Part shown: positions 56,546-64,000 of the stretch, piece by piece
Layout: each line of letters opens with the position of its first letter
Numbering within the stretch: position 1 is the first letter of the stretch
Assembly: GCF_009914755.1 (NCBI RefSeq)
Contig: NC_060937.1
Strand: one strand, 5' to 3'
Source: the human T2T-CHM13v2.0 reference genome, Homo sapiens
DNA length: 64,000 nt
The notes under the pieces: model-generated
Told to the model about the DNA's origin: nothing
The model's database searches: none
The model's input: only the letters and a program-made list of their open reading frames with translations
Translations under genes and position numbers: made by a program

Positions 56546-59500
56546 AAAAACTATAAAATCAATAGCAAAATTATACCCATATCCAAAAACAAATATGGAC
56601 CTCAAAGTCAGATTGGTAAACAGAATTGATGCCAGCATTGACCAGTGTGTATCCTAATCTGGGAAACGCAGTCTCACACTGTCCAAAGAAGGGATCTGAA
56701 ACAAAGATCCTTTTATAAAGCCTAAAATCTGGAAGAGTTTCAGTACCTAAAAAAGCTCTAGAATCAACATAAGGAAGCCACAAGGATGCTTACTTTCTGC
56801 CCATGGTCGTGATTATGGGAGAATAAAAAAACAGCATCAACAGCCAACTACAAAAAGTCAAAACTCAAGACCTGTTTTATCCCTGTTCAGTGATTCCACT
56901 GTGCATTCCTCTGTAATCCTAAACCAAGAAATCAACGTGAAAACTGGTTCAGGAACAGAGAAATCCTTTTTGAGCCCAGACAAAAAAATGATATTCTATT
57001 AAGATGCTTTTGCAATATAGGGCAAATGGTACACAGAACTCCTTAGGGCAAAAAGCAACTTGCAATGAAAAAAAGATACCTGTGAGGCTTAATTACAACA
57101 TGTAACAGAATATTTTGTATTCCTACAAATGTGGGTGATAGAAGAATCAGAATGATAATATAAAATAAATAAAATTAAGATAAAAAAGAAGACATGAAAA
57201 TAATAATTTTAGAAAGCTTGCTGTATTCACAAAAAGGAATGCCATCATCCAATCAACAACAGAATTTGAGGAATTACCTCTGCATTACATGGCACTTGAT
57301 GCTGTAAGAGGTATGCAATTTTAGATGTATTCATTTAATGTTTTATTAAAATAGTATATGATCAAGACTTTTCACAAACACAAAGTGAGAAGATTGAATT
57401 ACCAACATAAACTTCCAGTATAAAAGCTGTATTGCCTAAAGTATTTGATGAAACACACCATTCAGAAGTCCTCAGCTCACGAGAAGATTTCCATACTTCA
57501 GAAGTCCAGTGATTACAGTGTGTTCTTATGAAAGAGTTTATCTTTCTTTCTTAAAAATCAGATTTGATTATGTTGATAACGTTGGTTTGCTTTTCTTTTA
57601 TTGTGGCAGTAATACTATTGCAAATATTTAAACACGCATAGCATCTGCAAAATCCACATTATGTTGTCCATAGAATTGAACCCCTGCTCTTTAACAGTTT
57701 TATAGGAATAGAAAGCTAAATACTTTCTTGTTTTTAATATAGACGATGAAAATTTTTTGGATAGCATTGAAGAGTTCAAAAGGTCGTATGAAGTGTTTTG
57801 CCTGAAGCTTCAGTGAAGTAAAATTGGTTTCTTCTGAGAATAAGGTACAAATATGTTTGTATGATATGATTTTTACAAATCATTGTCTCATAATATTCTA
57901 TTTTATTTTTACAACAGGGATATGTGGGGGTTGACTCCATGGTTTGACTTAGATTTTAAAATAATGACTATTATTGTAAATAAATTTTGAATTCTAAGGG
58001 GACAAAGGAGAAACCAGAAAATCCATTAAAACTTCAATAGAGTTAATGAAATATTATCTTTGCAAACAGGGTAAGCAGAGGAGACCAAAAGTTGGTAGTT
58101 CAAGAGAAATGTTGGGGTTATATTTTTTAACTATTAGGATACATTATATTGGCAGATAGGGCAATGAAATACCCAAAGATTACTTCCAGATTGCTACCTT
58201 AAGCAACTCATCGTCTAGTTCACTTCTCCATGTTCTCTTTCTGCACCAACACTATACTACTCTTTGATTCACCGAAAGGGACATGTTATTCCACACAGTG
58301 AAGGGTCTGTGAGAGACCGAGTCAGCATGAAGAGGAGTGTTCAGGGACCTGTGTGGGACATCATGCCTTGGCTTTCTCCCTATAACCCCATGTAGAGATT
58401 TATTATTAAATATTAGAGAAAATGGGTGCATAAATCTACATTTCATTCGATTAGAGAATGTGTATGTCAAGGAAGAAGACCCATTCCCTATTTACCGTCA
58501 TAGAGGAAGTAAAATAAGAGAGAATTTTATAGAGATAAAAATATAGAAAGACATAGAAAACTCAGAAAGTAATACATTTAACAAGATGTATATGCAAATC
58601 TGATTAAAATATTGATAAACCAGAGATAGATTATTCATTTTAAAACTGACAGTAAAAGTTCTTTAGTAGCTTGATTCGATTGCATTTGAAATATAATTCT
58701 GTTTTAAATAATTGATTGAGACTAATATTCAGAAGCTTATTTTGTATGTACTGCAAGCAATGTTAGTGAGAGCTCATGAAAACTCAGAGCTATATTCCTT
58801 GTTTAATTTGTTTGCTGGTGGAAATACCATGCCTTGGATTAAGTTTTCAAATTACTATAAAAGCTAAGTTTTCAAGTGAATGCAAAGAATGTGAAAATTG
58901 GTAGTTCCACACAGCTCTAACTGTCACGCCTTTCTATGAGTGAAAGAACGAGAAGCAGATTCTCCCTATTTGATTATCTATGCATTTATCATCTGTCTTG
59001 TCTGCATTTTTCCTCTGAGCAACCTACAGAGGACTGTACAGATAAAAGGTTTTCCATTATATGTAATTTGAAGTAGAACAAATGATATGCAATCATATGC
59101 AACGTGAGAAAAATTATGACCATCTCCTCTCCACAGAGACTCACATTTAGCCTCAATTTACTCCCAGAAAGCCTGGGACAGACATCCTTGGTAGTATTCT
59201 GAGGGTCAGCAGGTTGGAGAAAGGGAGCTTTCCTACTATGTCAATAGGAACGTGTCAGTCCTCTGCTGGCTTGCATATGTTTTATCCCCACACACTATAG
59301 ACTTAAGTGGAAAGGAAGACAAAGCACCAACAAAGCACGCAAAGGCTCTGGTCATTTCCCCGTTGTATTGTCTCCCTGCTTTATACCTGAATTTCTAGAC
59401 ATTTTCTGATTTCCATTTACACAGAAATACAAGTGGATATAAAATATTAGCCATTCCCAGGAAGCCAGATGCTTTAGACAAGTTGGGTCTATAAGGAAGA

Positions 59501-60367
59501 AAGACACACTCAAGTTATAAGAAAAACATGGTGGTGCATTTAGTGTGAAGAGACAGCTTCATCTATGCCCTGGCTCTTGAGAAACTTACTTTTTCTTTTT
59601 GCTTTTCAGGTTGTTTAGGCCACCATCCCTGGAACAAATATTATCCCTTCCTGCAATTCCATTGTCTGCCGGTGTTACCGGCAGAGCTACTTTGAGTGCT
59701 GGGCAGGAGCTGAAGCCACGATGGGCAGGGGGTTCATTCTGGGGAGTGGCTGGGAGGGGAGATTCTTAGACCTCTGAGCCTGCAGCTCTGAGCTCTGAGT
59801 TGAAGCTCTGCTCTCCAAAGCAAGGGTGGCTCAGAAGCGCTTTGGGGTCATCTGTCTTCGCCAGCCTCACCTCACTCTTATTCTCTGAGGATGTTTAGGA
59901 AGAAATGAAAATTATGTGGCTTAGTCTCAGCATAGCAAGAACTGTGGGGAAGATCATTAACTTTCTAACCTGATTTCTTCTGTGACTTCAGAGGCTTCCT
60001 TAACCTCCAGTTAGAAATTTTTATCAGGCATATTTGATTATTATGTATCAAGTATCTGCCTTGTGCCATTCGCTGTTTGAGGCAGTTAGAAACAGTGATG
60101 GGCATGTCAGATGAAACCCTGCTCTGACGGACCTAAAATCCTAGTGAGTGATAATTAATATTTATACTTTATCTTTTCACTTAGTGATTAATGTTCAAAA
60201 GAAAAGCACTCATATCAGAATGAGGTACTTATTCTTCAAAAATTATGATAGATTCTCTTTGTATTTTAAAAATATTTTGGTGGTATATAATAGAGTCAGT
60301 TTCTTCAACAGAGCTACAAGCTTGATCCCCTTGTTGGGAAATATATGTTACAAGGGCAACATTAGAA

Positions 60368-60467
60368 ACCCCCATGATCCAGTCACCTCCCACCAGGTCC
60401 TTCCCCCAACGTTAGGGATTACAACTCAACATGAGATTTGGGTGGGACACGGAGCCAAACCATATCA
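60368..60467 (-). mobile_element. THE1/MST LTR 5' fragment (~100 bp)
   Basis: CCCCATGATCCAGTCACCTCCCACCAGGTCC..GAGATTTGGGTGGGACACGGAGCCAAACCATATCA. Confidence 0.85.
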
Positions 60468-61100
60468 GTTGTTAACTCAGCTCTCGTGTGCTATATCCTT
60501 TCCTTCGTGGGATCCCATTAAAAACATTAAATGAAGAAACATAACAGCCAAGGGAAAGATGGAAGGACCCTTCCACGGAAAAAAAAAATGGAACAAATAG
60601 CTTGAAGGAAAATGAGAAGGAAAACCTGTTGAAGGATGACACCGATCTGGAAGAGGATGCCCAGAGTGTAAAGAAGGAGATGGGGATGGGCAACAGGGCT
60701 CCAGAGGGCTACCAGGCTGTGCGTTCACAGGTCGGAGGAGCAGAAAATGCGTCCATCGCAACAAGAAGGGGGACTACTGTGAGTGGAAAGCTTGCTCATG
60801 GAGAGGGAGACATTCACTCCTCTCACTGTCCCCTATCCCTGCTGTCCCAAGGAGAGAGCACCCCAGTTATGTGATTGAGTGTAGTATTTTTTAAATGTCA
60901 GTACTGGTTTGATTTTTAACTAAGTAAAAATGGAAAATTAAACAAAAAGTACAGGGTATCTGTCAACTTCCCAGAACATATCTTTCGGGTCTTGTGTAAA
61001 GAAATTGATGTAATCTGCTTTTCTGAGAATACTACATTTTAATTGTTAATTATGATTTAATTAAATTAAAATTTAATTTAATTTTAATAGTTGCTCATGA

Positions 61101-61439
<339 letters not shown>

Positions 61440-61729
61440 CTTTGTTATTCAATCTTAAGAGTGTCAGTTGCTGAACAACAAACTTTTAAAAATATTCTAG
61501 CTGTAAAAGTAACGCCTTTCACTAGTGAAAATTTACAAAGTAGAAAAAAAATAAGTATAAAACAAAAATTAGCCAGCCATAAGCACTTTATTCAAAAAAT
61601 AACATTTTATTGATTATCTTTAGGGTTCTTTATTGTATTAAACTTCATATATTTTGAGTTCATAGTGCAAATTACATTTTTTAATATAAGTTAATTCACA
61701 TATTTTTGTATATTACTAAATATTACTTT

Positions 61730-61970
61730 GCTTTTCTTGAGACGAGATCTCACTGTGTCCCCCAGGTTGAGTACATTGGCATGATCTTGGCTCACTGCAG
61801 CCTTAACCTCCCAGGCTAAAGTCATCCTCCCACTTCATTTTTGTATTTTTTGTAGAGATAGGGTCTCGCTAAGTTACCCTGGCTGGTCTCAAATGCCTGG
61901 ACTCAAAGGATCCTCCCACTTTGGCCTTCCAAAGTGCTGCAATTACAGGCATGAGCCACTGTACCTGGCC
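61730..61970 (-). mobile_element. AluJ with ~50-bp internal deletion
   Basis: CTGCAGCCTT..ATCCTCCCAC J-type motifs; TSD TAAATATTACTTT at 61717 and 61971. Confidence 0.9.
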
Positions 61971-62510
61971 TAAATATTACTTTTATAGTTATTTGATAGT
62001 CTATGTTTGAATACATTATAATTTATTTAAGTATGCTACTGTTACTATACTTACAAAGTTGTTTCCAGGCTTACCTCTTCCAAGTTAAGCTATTGTAAGA
62101 ATCTTTACACAATAATGGGTCTGACTTTAGTGTGGACTCTTAAAATGGATCATGTCATTTAAATAAATGCTTCAAGCCCCTGTTCTATATTCCTAAATTC
62201 TTTCCCAGAAATATTACATCATTTATGTTTCTCCACTAAATGGAAGCTTTGCCTTCTCACTGTAGCCCCACCAGCATTTGGTAATATAATTTAAAAAGGA
62301 AATCTCAATTAGAGAAATTTTAAAAAATATACACTGCAATACTGTTTTTGGATTACCAGTGAGGTTAAACTTTAAAAACTTGAGTTTAACGAGGCTGTAC
62401 TTGTCAGGAAAAGGGGTCTCAATCCCTCTTTCTAGACCTTTGTCTATGTGAACCACACTTTCTGGTATAGTTGGCCACTCCAGCCATTCTACGTCCTTCT
62501 GCTTCCTGCT

Positions 62511-62581
62511 TGTGTGGTGTGGTGTGTGTGTGTATGTGTGTGTGTGTGGCGGGTGTGGGGTGTGTGTGTATGTGTGTGTGT
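62511..62581. repeat. Degenerate (TG)n repeat
   Basis: TG runs with G interruptions. Confidence 0.9.
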
Positions 62582-62859
62582 TTGAGAGTGTGGTTGCTGA
62601 CTTAGAAAGGGACGGCCAGTTTAAACACTATCTTGAAAGTTTCCATGATTTTCTTTGTTTCGTAAAGATTAGGGGTGGACGGTGGAAAGATTGTATCAGC
62701 GCTTCTGGTCAGACAACACAGAAAATGGCAAATTTTTTCTAGTTAATAAGAGGCCTACCCTGATTGTCCTATTTATATTTGCAGCTCCCCGCCCCCACCC
62801 ACACACTGCTCTATTTTTTTTCTTAGCAATTATCACCTCAAAAATCCATAAGGTACTTA

Positions 62860-63170
62860 TTTATTATGTTTATCGGTTACTTTCCTCTAAACAATAGTAG
62901 AATGTGAACGCTACAAAGGCAGGGATTATGTTGTTTGTTCTGTGTTGTTGACTGCTACAAGACATCAAACTGATGTAAGAATTGCATCCATGATAGGTGA
63001 TCAATCAATATTATGGTATGGATGTGTGACTCTAAACACTGTCAAATGATATATAATCAGTTGACAGTGTTCTCTAATAAAGGGATGACACGTTGAGCAT
63101 AGTGCTTCGTTGGTGCTTAATAAACTTACATTGAATAAAGAAACAAACAAGGAGTGAATGAATGAATTTT
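62860..63170 (+). mobile_element. L2 3'-end fragments
   Basis: TAGAATGTGAACGCTACAAAGGCAGGGATTATG; GTGCTTAATAAAC..GAATGAATGAA. Confidence 0.6.
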
Positions 63171-64000
63171 AGAAATGCCTACTCTTCCCATTTGATGATT
63201 AGGTTTATTATGCAGTTATTTAAACTAATTATCCAAGACTATCTGGTGTTAGTTACCCAATTTCCAAATACAAGTTAACTAGAAATAATAACCTGTCTTT
63301 GCTGGGTATACATTTCCAACTGAATAAAATGAAATATCTCCAAATGTCAGAAGCCTAAGACAAAATTAAACATTTTTTCACTGAAATTCTCTCACTTATA
63401 TTTCCATTTAATAAAACTTTCATTACAAGTGCATATCTGTTATAGACTAAGTTTATATTTTTTTTATTAAAAAGAAAGCATCCGTGCACATTTCTAAAGC
63501 AACATAAGAATGAAGGAGATGTGTCTGGGCCGGTGGTGGGGAAGCCTCTAGGTGACTGCCCATGAGTGGATGCAAGGTAACAGATTCCAGCAAAGAAAGA
63601 AAATTAATTTGCAGATCCGTTGCTGTAGGACAAAGAAAATTTGTTTCAGGAGCTGAGCAGCTCGTCATTGCCATTGTAGCAGCTCTGTTTCCAATTCTGA
63701 CTTTCTTAAGTCAAGATTCTGAAGATTTGGTACCCCAGGATATGCAAGTCTTCTGCGCCTGTGGATTTGATGTGAAGAAGAATCCCACTGTTCAGTAGCA
63801 GAGGCCTGTCAGAACAGAACTGACAACTTTCTTCTCTCATTTTTTGTAATGTGCCTTAGAACTAAGGTAAAAGAAAAGAAAATAAAAATTGTTATTTCTT
63901 CATGAAAAAATGAAACGCTTAAAATTCTCTAGTGATTTCTGGATCTCCAGTGGCATTCAGTTGATTCCCCGCTGTTACTACTTGCTTTTCTTGATCAAAC

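Noticed and set aside
61061-61081. 10-bp AT-only inverted repeat
   Set aside because: Expected by chance in low-complexity AT DNA.

Overview
AT-rich primate (probably human or ape) genomic DNA, intergenic or deep-intronic in character. I found no protein-coding gene, RNA gene or CpG island. The long ORFs in the track are L1 ORF2 remnants, Alu or MaLR readthrough, or chance. The window is a layered record of transposons: old L2, MIR, L1M, MLT1D and DNA-transposon fossils (MER47C, MER2B, MER81); 11 Alus (J/S/Y); two complete MaLR proviruses (THE1D/MSTA-like, THE1B-like); solo THE1 and LTR12 LTRs; and several primate L1 3' ends. I did not find a new biological system. The most unusual signals are insertion-junction structures: an L1 whose 5' junction carries a 43-bp fold-back copy of its own flank, an Alu and an L1 that appear to have been nicked at the same position on opposite strands, and two twin-primed L1 inversions. 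Subfamily names come from remembered consensus motifs, not a RepeatMasker run. Boundaries of old repeats are approximate.
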